Source of the DNA: an uncultured Actinomycetes bacterium
Lineage (GTDB): Bacteria > Actinomycetota > Thermoleophilia > Gaiellales > Gaiellaceae
NCBI GenBank assembly: GCA_963711315.1
Contig: CAVQDQ010000004.1
Coordinates: 7,825 to 71,824 of the forward strand
DNA: 64,000 nt
Direction: 5' to 3'
The position numbers were made by a program, and so were the translations under genes. The notes under the pieces are model-generated. The model searched no databases, had not been told where the DNA came from, and saw only the letters and a program-made list of their open reading frames with translations. Shown here piece after piece: positions 20,054 to 29,273 of this stretch (positions are counted from its first letter, which is position 1; every line of letters begins with the position of its first letter).

Positions 20054-23000
20054 CTCCCACCGGGAGCCGATCGAGCCGTTCGATGTAGGGCCTCGCCCGC
20101 AGCCGCTCGAAGATCTCGCGCGCCTCGGTCGCGAGCGGCGCGGCATCATCGAGTCTGCCCATTTCCGCGAGCCACTCGGCGTGCTCGAGCAGCACGACAG
20201 CGAGGTCGAACGAGTACTCGATCTCGCGGAAGATCCGGGCGGCGGCGGAGAAGCCGGCCGCCGCGGTATCGCCGTCACCATCACGTGCTGCGCGCCGAGC
20301 GGTGAAGCGGGCACCGGTCGCGCGGAGAAAGGGGCTCAACTCGCCAGGCGGTAGGTGTTCGACGATGGCCAGGAGCTCGTCCACCTTCGCATCGTCACCG
20401 AGGGCAAATGCGGCCTCGAGCGCAATCGTGTATCCACCGCCGACTGTCGCAAGCCCCCCTGGCATATCCTCGCGGACGGAGATCGCCTCCTCGGCCGCAG
20501 AGAGCGCCTCTCGCGACCGGCCTTCGGCGGCGAGCACGCACGCTTCCATCGTCTTGAAATTCGAGCGATCCTGCGCTTCCTCCGGGTCGACAAGCGGCCG
20601 AACCGCCTCGAGCCGGCGCCTGGCCTCCTCCAGCTCGCCTCGTGCCGCAAGTATCGGGACGAGACTCCCGTACATGGAAAGAGTCCACTCGCGCCTGCAG
20701 CTCGTCCTCGGGCGGATGGTCGTCGGCCATGACAGCGTCCCATTCGCCGAGTGTCGTGCGAATACTGCGGACCCAGCTTTCGAGGAAGTGCTCTGAGTCT
20801 CGATCGCCTACCTTCCTTGCCAGCTCCTGACCCTTGAGGGCCAGCTCGAGAGCCTCGCGCTCACGGTTCCGCCAGGCGACGAGTGCCGTGGAGTTGATGT
20901 ACGCGCGAAGCGCGGCCGTGGACAGGTCATGGGTGAGCGCCACCTCCAGCGCATGACGCATCAGCAGCCAGGCTTCTTCTGGCCTCCCTCGCGCCGAGAG
21001 GATCAGGGCCTTCGTGTTGAGGCCGTGCGAGAGCACCTCCGGCAGCTCCAGCGACTCCGCGATCTCGAGCGCAAGCTCGTTGCGCGCCATCGCGTCGTCG
21101 TGGCGGCCGGTAAAGAACAGCGGACGGGCGAGCGAGACCGCCAGCTGGGCGAGATCGGCGTCGCGCTCGTCGGCGGCGAGCACGTCGAAGGCGGACTCCA
21201 TGTACACGATCGCCTTCGCGATGTCGCCCTCCTGCGCCCAGGTGAGCAACCCCAGACGCGACCGAACGCGGGCAGCCGGGTGCGTTAGCCCGATGCCCTC
21301 GAACCCCTCGATCGCCGCCTCGAAATGCGCGCGGGCCTCGGGCGTGCGACTCCCAAAAGTCGCCATCTGGCCTGCGCGCTCGTGGAGCTCGGCTGCGCGC
21401 AGCGGGCTGTCAGCGAGCTCGAGGGCCTGCTCGAAGTACCGTTGCGCGCTGTCGTTCGCGCCAAGGGTGGCCGCCCGTTCGCCTGCGCGGACGAGCATCG
21501 CCTCGGCGTTCGTCCGCAGCTCGAGCGCATCGGCTGCGTCGGGGTCGAGCTCGAGCGCCGACAGCAGGTGCGAGGCGACGATCTCCACGAGCTCGTCGTC
21601 ACCCTCCTCCCACTGCTGCTCGAGATACGAGGCCGCCGCAACATGCCTCGTCTTGCGCTCCTTCCGCGACAGTGTCTCGTAGGCGACCTGGCGCAGGAGG
21701 TCCTGGAGGAAGCTGTACTGACCGCGCTCCGGTGACCGGGGATCCGCCTGGAGCGAGAGGACCTCCTTCCGCACCAGCGCGGCCAGCAAGGTGTCGAGAT
21801 CGCCGTCGCCTGAGCCCGACACGGCGGCGAGCGCGGACTTGCTGAAGGTCTTGCCGAGCACCGCGGCGTCCTGGACCAACGAGCGCTCCTCGGCCGGCAG
21901 GCCGTCCAGGCGAGCAGCGATCAGCGCCTGCAGGGTCTCGGGTACTTCGAGCGCCTCGATCGGGCCCGTAGGTCGGTACTCGTCTCCGACCTGCTCGAGC
22001 AGGCCACGGTCGATGAGCATGCGCACCGTCTCGACGGCGTAGAGGGGAACTCCTTCCGAGCGCTCGAGGATCTGCGTGCGAAGGTCGTCGGAGAGACCCG
22101 GGACGAAGCCGTCGAGCAGCTTCTCCATCGCCTCGGTCGACAGAGGCTCGAGAGAGAGCGTGGTTGCGTTCCTCAACCCGGCCGCCCACTGCGCCTTGCG
22201 TTCGTCCGACCCGGGGCGGGCGAGCGCGACCACGAGGATCGGGTGATTGCGCGACCACTCGAGGAGGTACGCAACGAACTCGAGCAACGGTGCGTCGGCC
22301 CATTGCATGTCCTCGAAGACGAGCACGACCGGGTCGCGCTCCGCGAGCCGCTCGAAGAAGAGACGCCACCCGGCGAACAGCTCGGCCTGCTCGAGGTCCG
22401 AACGCCCCTCGAGCGACAGGAGCTGGGCGACGCGCGGTCGGATCCATGCGCGTTCCTCGACGTCTTCGACCGCGCTCTCGAGGACGGCGTCGAGCTTCGA
22501 CCACGCCGTCGTATCGTCCTCGCCCTCGGCGATGCCTGCGCGCATCCGGACCATCTCGGCGAGCGCCCAGTACGTCACGCCGTCGCCGTAGGCCAGGCAA
22601 CGGCCGCGGTGCCAGACGACATCCTGGGTGATGCCGTCGAGGTACTTGTAGAGCTCCCATGCGAGCCGCGACTTGCCGATGCCTGCGATGCCGGTGATCG
22701 AGAGCAGATGCGCCTTGTGCTCGTCGGCGCCGAGGCATGGAAGAGCTCCTTCGCGAGCCGTAGCTCGCGATCCCGGCCGACGAACGGCGGCTCGAGACCT
22801 TGCGACTTCAGTCCGCCGGCCCGACCGGCGGTCACGCGGAGAGCACGCCAGAGCTGCATCGCCTCCGTCTTCCCCTTCAGCTCGTGGAGACCAGCGTCCG
22901 CGTACGCGATCGCCGCTTCCGTTGCCCGCCGAGTCGGATCGCCGACGAGCACCGTGTGCGGATCAGCTGCACCCTGCACGCGGGAGGCTGCGTTGACGAG

Positions 23001-23561
23001 GTCGCCCGCGACCATGCCCTGCCCTGCGGCGCCGAGATTGACCGCCGCCTCGCCGGTCAGCACCGCGGCGCGAGCGCCGAGCTCCGGCATCCCAGTCTCG
23101 CCACCGAACGCGCTCACGGCGGCAACGAGCTCGAGCGCCGCGCGTACGGCGCGCTCGGCATCGTCCTCCTGCGCGACGGGCGTGCCCCACACCGCCATCA
23201 CCGCATCGCCGATGAACTTCTCGACGACGCCGCCGTAGCGCCCGATCACGTCGGCCGCCACCTCGAAGTAGCGGGAGAGGAGGTCGCGCACCTCTTCCGC
23301 GTCGCGGTCCTCCGACAGCGGCGTGAAGCCGACTAGATCGGCGAAGAGCACGGAGACGAGGCGCCGCTCGACGGCGACCGCAGGTGCCGCAGCAGGCCCA
23401 GACGAGGCCCCCAGCGGCGTCCCGCACTCGCCGCAGAACTTCTGGCCCGGCGGATTCACAGCACCGCAAGAGCCGCAGGTCGCCGCGAGCGCGGTGCCGC
23501 ACTCCCCGCAGAACTTCTGCCCGGCCGGATTCTCCGCGCCGCAGTTCGAGCAGGAGATCAC
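20043..23561 (-). pseudogene. Double zinc-ribbon / class III adenylate-guanylate cyclase / STAND-type P-loop ATPase / TPR protein (about 1170 aa), two apparent frameshifts
   Basis: The N-terminus has CSNCGAENPAGQKFCGECGT and CGSCGAVNPPGQKFCGECGT. The cyclase core is VSVLFADLVGFT...GGVVEKFIGDAVMAVWG.... The P-loop LLSITGIAGIGKSRL is in the shifted frame (break near 22735), followed by Walker B VLVFEDMQWAD. Long TPR-like helical repeats follow. The second break is near 20700. The GTG at 23561 directly follows the GNAT stop. Confidence 0.85.
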
Positions 23562-24044
23562 TCAAAGCTCCTTCAGCATCCGTACACCGTCATCATCGAC
23601 GGTGAGTGTCTCGTAGCCGAGGCGCTCGTACAACCTCCGCGCGGGGTTGTCGGCGTCGACCGAGAGGCTGATCTGCGAGAACCCAGCCGCTCGCGCCGCG
23701 TCTTCGATCGCGGCCATCAGCCGCGTCCCGATGCCTTCGCCGCGGTGCCCGTCCCAGACGGCGACCGCGAGCTCGGGCGTCTCGTCGTCGACGTAGCCGT
23801 GGCCGTGGTCCTCGGGCGTGAATACGCGGCAAAGCGAGGCGCCGACGACCTCCCCATGATCCTCGGCGATCACTGCGAGGTCACCGTTGCGTCCCCAGCC
23901 TTCGTGATATCGCGCGAGCTCCGGATGGGCGATCACGAATTCGTACGGAGGCAGCTCGCGCTCGGGGTTCCACGAGACGGCCTCGAACAACGCTCGTTTC
24001 ATACTCTCGATGTCGGCGTCCGTCCCGGGGCGGAGCTCGGTCAC
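23562..24044 (-). CDS. GNAT-family N-acetyltransferase
   Basis: Contains ...AVWDGHRGEGIGTRLMAAIEDAARAAGF...NPARRLYERLGY (acetyl-CoA binding motif A). The GTG at 24044 overlaps the thiL stop (GTGA). Confidence 0.85.
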   Translation of the reverse strand: MTELRPGTDADIESMKRALFEAVSWNPERELPPYEFVIAHPELARYHEGWGRNGDLAVIAEDHGEVVGASLCRVFTPEDHGHGYVDDETPELAVAVWDGHRGEGIGTRLMAAIEDAARAAGFSQISLSVDADNPARRLYERLGYETLTVDDDGVRMLKEL

Positions 24045-24863
24045 CTGAAGTGCTCCCAACCGCCGAGCTCGTACGGCCTGCCGTCCAGCAGCAGCTCGGT
24101 TCCCTCACCCTCTTCGCAGCGCCCGATCACCATGAACGGGCCGGAATCTACGACCGCGGCCAGGAGCTCGTAATCCTCTCCGAAACCCAGGTCGTCGACC
24201 GTCGCGTCGTCCGCCAGCGGGACGTGGTCGAGGTCGATCACAAGGCGGCAGCGAGAGCGCTCGGCGATGTGCGCTGCATCACGCGCGATGCCGTCGGAGA
24301 TGTCGATCAGCGCGTGGGCGTGCGCGGCGAGCGCGCGTCCTTCGTCGAGCCGGATCGGCGGACGCCTGAGCGCGGCCCGGCGGAACGCAGCACCCGCGGC
24401 GCCGAGAGGGCCGGTCACGACGAGGAGATCGCCGGGAAGGGCGCCGGCTCGACCTGGAACGCGCTCCGAGTGCCCTAAGGCCGTTACCGAGAGGTAGACC
24501 GAGTCCGCCGACGTCGTGTCTCCCCCGATGACGTCGATACCGGTCTCGGCGATCCCCTCATACAGCTCGATGACCGATGCGACAGCCGTATCGACAGGCA
24601 GCCCAAGCGAGACCAAGAGCCCGTCCGGCACGGCTCCGCACGCAGCGAGGTCGGAGAGGTTGACCGCCGCGGCACTGAAGCCGAGGTCGCGCCACGAGAT
24701 GCGGTCGAAGAGTGAAGTGGACGTCCTCGACGAGCGCGTCCTGCGTGACGACGAGCCCGTCGTCCAGCAGCGCGGCGTCGTCGGCGATCCCCTTCGCCAG
24801 GCCGCGCCGCTCGAGCTCGGCGAGCAGCCCGAGCTCGCCGAGGTCACCGAGCGTCTGCGACAT
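24041..24863 (-). pseudogene. thiL: Thiamine-monophosphate kinase (ThiL), one apparent frameshift
   Basis: MSQTLGDLGELGLLAELERRGL...DDAALLDDGLVVTQDALVEDVHF (ORF 24558..24863) continues as DRISWRDLGFSAAAVNLSDLAACGA...GGDTT...DISDG in the frame of ORF 24041..25627. The break is near 24708-24716. Confidence 0.85.
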
Positions 24864-25627
24864 GGCAGCACGTCCACGGGCCCTTCTCCCTCACCCAGAT
24901 CGACGAGTCCGTGAGCCACGGCATCGGCCGCTGCCTCAGCAGCGCCTCGCGCCGCCTCCTCGAGCGACTCGCCCTGCGCGAGCAACGCCGTCAACGTCGC
25001 CGAGTGGGTGCACCCCGCGCCGTGCGTCGCCGCCACATCGTGACGCTCGACCGGGATCTCAACGTGACGCCCGGAGGTGAACAGATGGTCGACGGGGCGC
25101 TCGCCGTGGCCGCCAGTCACGAGCACCGCCGGCGCTCCCAGCGCGTGCAGCTGCTCGGCCAGCACGCCCCGGTCCTCGGTGTCTACCTCGCCGAGCGCCT
25201 GTGCCTCGTCGAGGTTCGGCGTCACGACGGTCGCCAGCGGGAAGAGACGCGTTACGAGCGCCTCGACCGCGTCCTCCTGCAGCAACTGCGCGCCGCTGGT
25301 GGAGACCATCACCGGGTCGACTACGAGCGGAAGCGGGCGCTCGGCGAGGAAGTCGGCCACCGTTTCGATGATCTGACGCGAGAAGAGCATGCCCGTCTTC
25401 GCCGCATCGACGCCGATGTCGGAGAAGACCGCGTCGAGCTGCGCACGCACGAACTCGGGCGCCACCTCCTGCACGGCGGTCACGCCGACGGTGTTCTGCG
25501 CGGTTAGCGCCACGATCGCACTCATCCCGTAACAACCGGCCCGTGCGAACGCCTTGAGGTCGGCCTGAATGCCGGCGCCGCCGCCAGAATCGGAGCCTGC
25601 GATGGTCAGGCAGCGCGCGACCGACAC
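24863..25627 (-). CDS. thiD: Hydroxymethylpyrimidine / phosphomethylpyrimidine kinase (ThiD). As assembled it has no in-frame stop and reads through into thiL.
   Basis: The GTG at 25627 gives VSVARCLTIAGSDSGGGAGIQADLKAF...VVDPVMVSTSG...THGAGCTHSA...GEGEGPVD. The 3' coordinate is nominal, set at the last conserved residues. Confidence 0.85.
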
Positions 25628-25633
25628 GGCGCG

Positions 25634-25639
25634 ACGCTA
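25634..25639 (-). promoter_or_regulatory. Putative -10 hexamer TAGCGT (minus strand) 6 nt upstream of the thiD GTG
   Basis: The minus strand reads CTGCTAGCGTCGCGCCGTG. The spacing implies a leaderless thiD mRNA, which leaves no room for a TPP riboswitch. Confidence 0.35.
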
Positions 25640-25679
25640 GCAGTACGATCCGGGCACCGCCGTCCAGAGGGAGGCTGAC

Positions 25680-25976
25680 ATGGCCGAGACGTACACGCAC
25701 ACGACGTGGCGCGTGAAGCCGGGCTCGGAGGACGAGTTCATCAGGCGCTGGAAGGAGTGGATCGAATGGAGCCACCTCCAGGGTCTAGGTCCGCGGGCGC
25801 GCCTTCTCCGCGACGCGGAGAGCCCGTCGACGTTCGTCAGCTTCGGCCCCTGGATGAGCATGGATGCGGTGAAGAACTGGCGCGCGGCCGCCGGCTACCA
25901 CGAGCGCGTAGCGAGCATTCAGGAACTGCTGGAGGGCTTCGAGCCGCGAACGCTGGACGTCGTGGCCGAAGGGTGA
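25680..25976 (+). CDS. Antibiotic-biosynthesis-monooxygenase (ABM/Dabb) fold protein
   Basis: 98 aa, MAETYTHTTWRVKPGSEDEFIRRWKEW...FVSFGPWMSMDAVKNWR. The ATG is preceded by GGGAGG. Confidence 0.7.
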   Translation: MAETYTHTTWRVKPGSEDEFIRRWKEWIEWSHLQGLGPRARLLRDAESPSTFVSFGPWMSMDAVKNWRAAAGYHERVASIQELLEGFEPRTLDVVAEG

Positions 25977-25989
25977 GCGTGGGCCAACC

Positions 25990-26427
25990 CTAGGAAGGAC
26001 GTGCGCCCGCGTGGACCGGCACGCCCAACTGCTCCATGAGGCCGAGGTCGTCGCGGTGGTTCCAGAGCTCGGCCACCTTCCCGTCTTCGAAGCGAAAGAT
26101 GTTTACGGCGGAGAACGTCGCCCTCCTGCCAGTTGGCTCGACTTCTCCCCATGAGCCGAGATGAGTACCGGACGCCGTCCAGCGTCCGACGACGCACTCG
26201 CCTTCGCCGACGATCAGGTCGATCGTGAACTCGAGATCCGGGAAGGCGGCTTGGAAGTCGTCCGCAACCTTCTTCTGTCCGGCGGGCCCTGGCAACGCCG
26301 CGACCGGTCGTAGGTCGTGGCGAACGTAGTCGTCGGCGAAGACCTCGTACGCGACATCCGTGTTGCCTCGGCTCCACACCTCTTCGTAGAAGCGGCGAAC
26401 GAGCGCCTTGTTCTCCTCGGCGGACAT
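25990..26427 (-). CDS. SnoaL-like / ester-cyclase family protein
   Basis: Reads MSAEENKALVRRFYEEVWSRGNTDVAYEVFADDYVRHD...GRWTASGTHLG...SAVNIFRFEDGKVAELWNHRD. The upstream 99 aa of ORF 25990..26724 were not called. Confidence 0.8.
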   Translation of the reverse strand: MSAEENKALVRRFYEEVWSRGNTDVAYEVFADDYVRHDLRPVAALPGPAGQKKVADDFQAAFPDLEFTIDLIVGEGECVVGRWTASGTHLGSWGEVEPTGRRATFSAVNIFRFEDGKVAELWNHRDDLGLMEQLGVPVHAGARPS

Positions 26428-26434
26428 CGCGTGC

Positions 26435-26440
26435 AGCCTA
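26435..26440 (-). promoter_or_regulatory. Putative -10 hexamer TAGGCT (minus strand) 7 nt upstream of the ester-cyclase ATG
   Basis: The minus strand reads GCGATAGGCTGCACGCGATG. No RBS is present. Confidence 0.3.
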
Positions 26441-26470
26441 TCGCCCACATGCTGCTGCGACACTGAGCGC

Positions 26471-28708
26471 GTGACCGTCGAGATCGCGCTCACCGACGAA
26501 TTGCTCATGGGCGAGGAGGTCGCGTACGTCGGCACTGAGACCGCCCGCGAGGCGTCTACGGCGCCGCTTCCCGACGAGCTCGATGCGCGCGTGGTCGCAG
26601 CGCTCGAGCGGCAGGGCATCACGACCCTCTTCGACCACCAGGCGGAGGCGTGGGCGGCGGCCTCACGCGGCGAGCACGTCGCGGTCACAACCGGCACGGC
26701 GAGCGGCAAGACGCTGGCTTTCAACCTCCCTGTCCTGGACGCGATCGCGCGAGACCCAAAGGCGCGAGCGCTGTACCTCTATCCGACGAAAGCTCTCGCG
26801 CAGGATCAGGCGCGCAGCCTTACCGCTCTCGGCGTGCCGGGCGTGCGGCCGGCCATCTACGACGGCGACACGCCCACCGATCAGCGGCGCCAGGTACGGA
26901 CGTGGGCCAACGCCATCCTCTCCAACCCGGACATGCTCCACCTCGGCGTCCTGCCTCATCACGACCGCTGGGGAGACGTGCTCGCGAACCTCGAGTACGT
27001 CATCGTCGACGAGGCCCACGTGTACCGCGGCGTCTTCGGCTCGCATGTAGCCAACGTGTTGCGACGCCTGCGGCGGCTCGCGGCGGTCTACGGCGCCGAC
27101 CCACAGTTCCTGCTCGCCAGCGCCACGATTGCGAACCCGGGCGAGCTGGCGCAGACGCTTACGGGTCTCCAGGCGACGGTGGTCTCCGGGGACTCGGCGC
27201 CGCGGGCCGAGAGAACGGTCGTGCTCTGGAACCCTCCGGTGACCGACGAGGAGCTCAACCTCCGCGCCAGTGCGCTCGGTGAGGGTGCCCGCCTGCTCGC
27301 GGAGCTCGTCGAGCGAGGACTGCGGACGCTCTGCTTTGCGAAGAGCCGCAAGACAGCGGAGCTGATCCATCGCTTCGCCCTCGACCGGCTCGGCCGCGAG
27401 TACAAGGACCGGCTCTCGCCCTACCGCGCCGGTTACACGCCGGCGCAGCGGCGCGACATCGAGCGGCGGCTCGCTGCGGGCGAGCTGCTCGGCGTGTCGG
27501 CGACAGATGCGCTCGAGCTCGGTATCGACATCGGCCTCCTCGACTGCGTGATCTCGGTGGGTTTCCCGGGTACCGTCGCCAGCCTGCGTCAGCAGTGGGG
27601 TCGCGCCGGCCGGCAAGGCCACGGCCTCGCTGTGCTCGTCGCCTCCGACGACGCGCTCGACCAGTACTTCATGCGCGAGCCGGAGGCGCTGCTCGGCCGG
27701 CGTGTCGAGGCCGCGATCCTCGATCACGCGAATCCGCGTGTGCTCGATGGGCACGTGCTCGCCGCCGCCTACGAGGCACCGCTCGATGACGACGACCGCG
27801 CGACGCTCGGAGACAAGGCACTCGAGCGCGCCGCCGAACTGCCCGAGCTGCGCCGCACGGCCGCGGGCTTCACGTGGACGGGCCGCGACTACCCGGCCGC
27901 ACGCATCTCACTCCGATCGGCCGGCGTGGACTCAGTGCTCGTCGTCGAGGCCGACTCGGGCTCAGTGCTAGGCATCGTCGAGCGGGAACGCGCCTACTCG
28001 ACCGTTCACGCAGGCGCCGTCTACCTCCACCTCGGTGAGCCGTATCTTGTGGGGGAGCTCGATCTCGTGGTCGGGGCGGCGCTCGTCGAGCCATTCTCCG
28101 GAGACTGGTATACCCAGGCGAAGAAGGACACGACGACGGCCATCGAGGACGCCGTGCTCACGGAGCAGCTCGGCGGCGTCGCTCTCTCGTTCGGACGCGT
28201 CTCCGTGACCGAGCACGTAGTGGCGTACCAGCGCAAGTCGACCCGAGACGGCGCGGTGCTGGAGACGATCGCGCTCGACCTGCCGCCTGCGACGTTCGAG
28301 ACGGAAGCGGTCTGGTTCGTGCCCTCGGAGTCGGTGCTGGACGGCTTGGAGCGGATGCCGAAGCTGCTGTCCTCGCTCCACGCCGCCGAGCACGCCCTCA
28401 TCGCGCTGCTGCCGCTCTTCGCGATGTGCGACCGCTGGGACATCGGCGGCCTGTCAACGAACGTTCACTTCCAGACCGGGGCGCCGACGGTGTTCGTGTA
28501 CGACGGCCACCCGGGCGGCGTGGGCATCGCCGAACGGGGTTACGAGGTCTTCGGCGACTGGGTGGCGGACACGACAAAACTGCTCGCTGGGTGCCCTTGC
28601 GAGAGCGGGTGCCCGTCGTGCGTGCAGTCGCCGAAGTGCGGAAACCTCAACGAGATGCTGGACAAAGCCGGCGCCCTCCAGCTCCTGCGCCGCATCTCCG
28701 CCGCCTGA
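26471..28708 (+). CDS. DEAD/DEAH-box helicase with a C-terminal MrfA-type Zn-binding domain (DUF1998). MrfA/YprA family.
   Basis: Contains LFDHQAEAW, TGTASGKT (motif I), VIVDEAH (motif II) and SATIANP (motif III). A helicase C region follows. The C-terminal Cys cluster is CPCESGCPSCVQSPKCGN. The start is uncertain (GTG 26471 or ATG 26507). Confidence 0.9.
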   Translation: MTVEIALTDELLMGEEVAYVGTETAREASTAPLPDELDARVVAALERQGITTLFDHQAEAWAAASRGEHVAVTTGTASGKTLAFNLPVLDAIARDPKARALYLYPTKALAQDQARSLTALGVPGVRPAIYDGDTPTDQRRQVRTWANAILSNPDMLHLGVLPHHDRWGDVLANLEYVIVDEAHVYRGVFGSHVANVLRRLRRLAAVYGADPQFLLASATIANPGELAQTLTGLQATVVSGDSAPRAERTVVLWNPPVTDEELNLRASALGEGARLLAELVERGLRTLCFAKSRKTAELIHRFALDRLGREYKDRLSPYRAGYTPAQRRDIERRLAAGELLGVSATDALELGIDIGLLDCVISVGFPGTVASLRQQWGRAGRQGHGLAVLVASDDALDQYFMREPEALLGRRVEAAILDHANPRVLDGHVLAAAYEAPLDDDDRATLGDKALERAAELPELRRTAAGFTWTGRDYPAARISLRSAGVDSVLVVEADSGSVLGIVERERAYSTVHAGAVYLHLGEPYLVGELDLVVGAALVEPFSGDWYTQAKKDTTTAIEDAVLTEQLGGVALSFGRVSVTEHVVAYQRKSTRDGAVLETIALDLPPATFETEAVWFVPSESVLDGLERMPKLLSSLHAAEHALIALLPLFAMCDRWDIGGLSTNVHFQTGAPTVFVYDGHPGGVGIAERGYEVFGDWVADTTKLLAGCPCESGCPSCVQSPKCGNLNEMLDKAGALQLLRRISAA

Positions 28709-28814
28709 TACTCGGGGGCCTCCCACGAGCCTCCTCCCACTTTGAGCCTAATGCGGAAATTCGAGCCCGTGGGTAACGGAAGTGAGCGGAAATCGTGTCA
28801 ATAACACCCAGGGG
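28699..28814. repeat. Copy B of the roughly 100-nt intergenic element shared with 15864-15975
   Basis: It has the same ordered blocks as copy A, beginning with the last codons and TGA of the helicase. It fills the convergent gap to the SLOG gene. It includes a hairpin (28766-28774 / 28806-28814) at the position equivalent to the copy A hairpin. Confidence 0.6.
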
Positions 28815-29273
28815 TCATTCACTGTCGGACGCAAGGCACAGCGCGAGCTCGACTGCCTCCTCGGGGGTAGACGCGCGCTCGACTCCCTCGCGCCCGAGGT
28901 CCCAGCCCGGTTCCAGCACGACGACCGGGCGGCCCAGGATGCGCGCGTATGCGATCTCTGCCAGCGTGCCGTAGCCGCCGCCCACCGCAATCACGGCATC
29001 ACCCGACGCGGCCACGGCGAGGTTCCGCGCGTGCCCGATGCCCGTCACGACCACGTGGTCGATCCAGGGATTCGCGGCCCCCCGCGACTCGCCCGGCAGG
29101 ATGCCAACGGTGACGCCGCCCGCCTCCTTCGCACCGCGCGCGGCAGCCGCCATCACCTCATCCAGCCCACCGCAGACCAGCGTCGCCCCACGCTCGGCGA
29201 GCAGCCGGCCCACCTCCGCGGCACGCGCCTCGTGCTCGGCACCACTGCCGATCACTGAGATTTGCAGCGTCAC
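28815..29273 (-). CDS. SLOG/LOG-like Rossmann protein (TIGR00725-type)
   Basis: Reads VTLQISVIGSGAEHEA...LVCGGLDEVMAAAARGAKEAGGVTVGILPG...AVGGGYGTLAEIAYA. The GTG at 29273 directly follows the upstream TAA. Confidence 0.75.
   Translation of the reverse strand: MTLQISVIGSGAEHEARAAEVGRLLAERGATLVCGGLDEVMAAAARGAKEAGGVTVGILPGESRGAANPWIDHVVVTGIGHARNLAVAASGDAVIAVGGGYGTLAEIAYARILGRPVVVLEPGWDLGREGVERASTPEEAVELALCLASDSE

Noticed and set aside
25628-25679. A TPP (THI-box) riboswitch expected upstream of thiD
   Set aside because: Only 52 nt separate thiD from the divergent ABM gene. A -10-like hexamer sits 6 nt from the thiD GTG. No CUGAGA / ACCUGA-type conserved blocks are present.
15864-28814. The two repeat copies as att-like direct repeats flanking a 12.8-kb mobile island
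   Set aside because: No integrase, recombinase, transposase or phage gene lies between them. The content is housekeeping-like (PolX, trxA, thiDL, helicase), and composition does not visibly differ from the flanks.
28699-28814. The repeat element as the actinobacterial 6C sRNA (C-rich loops)
   Set aside because: The C/U-rich stretches cannot be placed in the loops of two stable hairpins on either strand, and the pairing I can draw is not conserved between the two copies. Only an Rfam scan could settle it.
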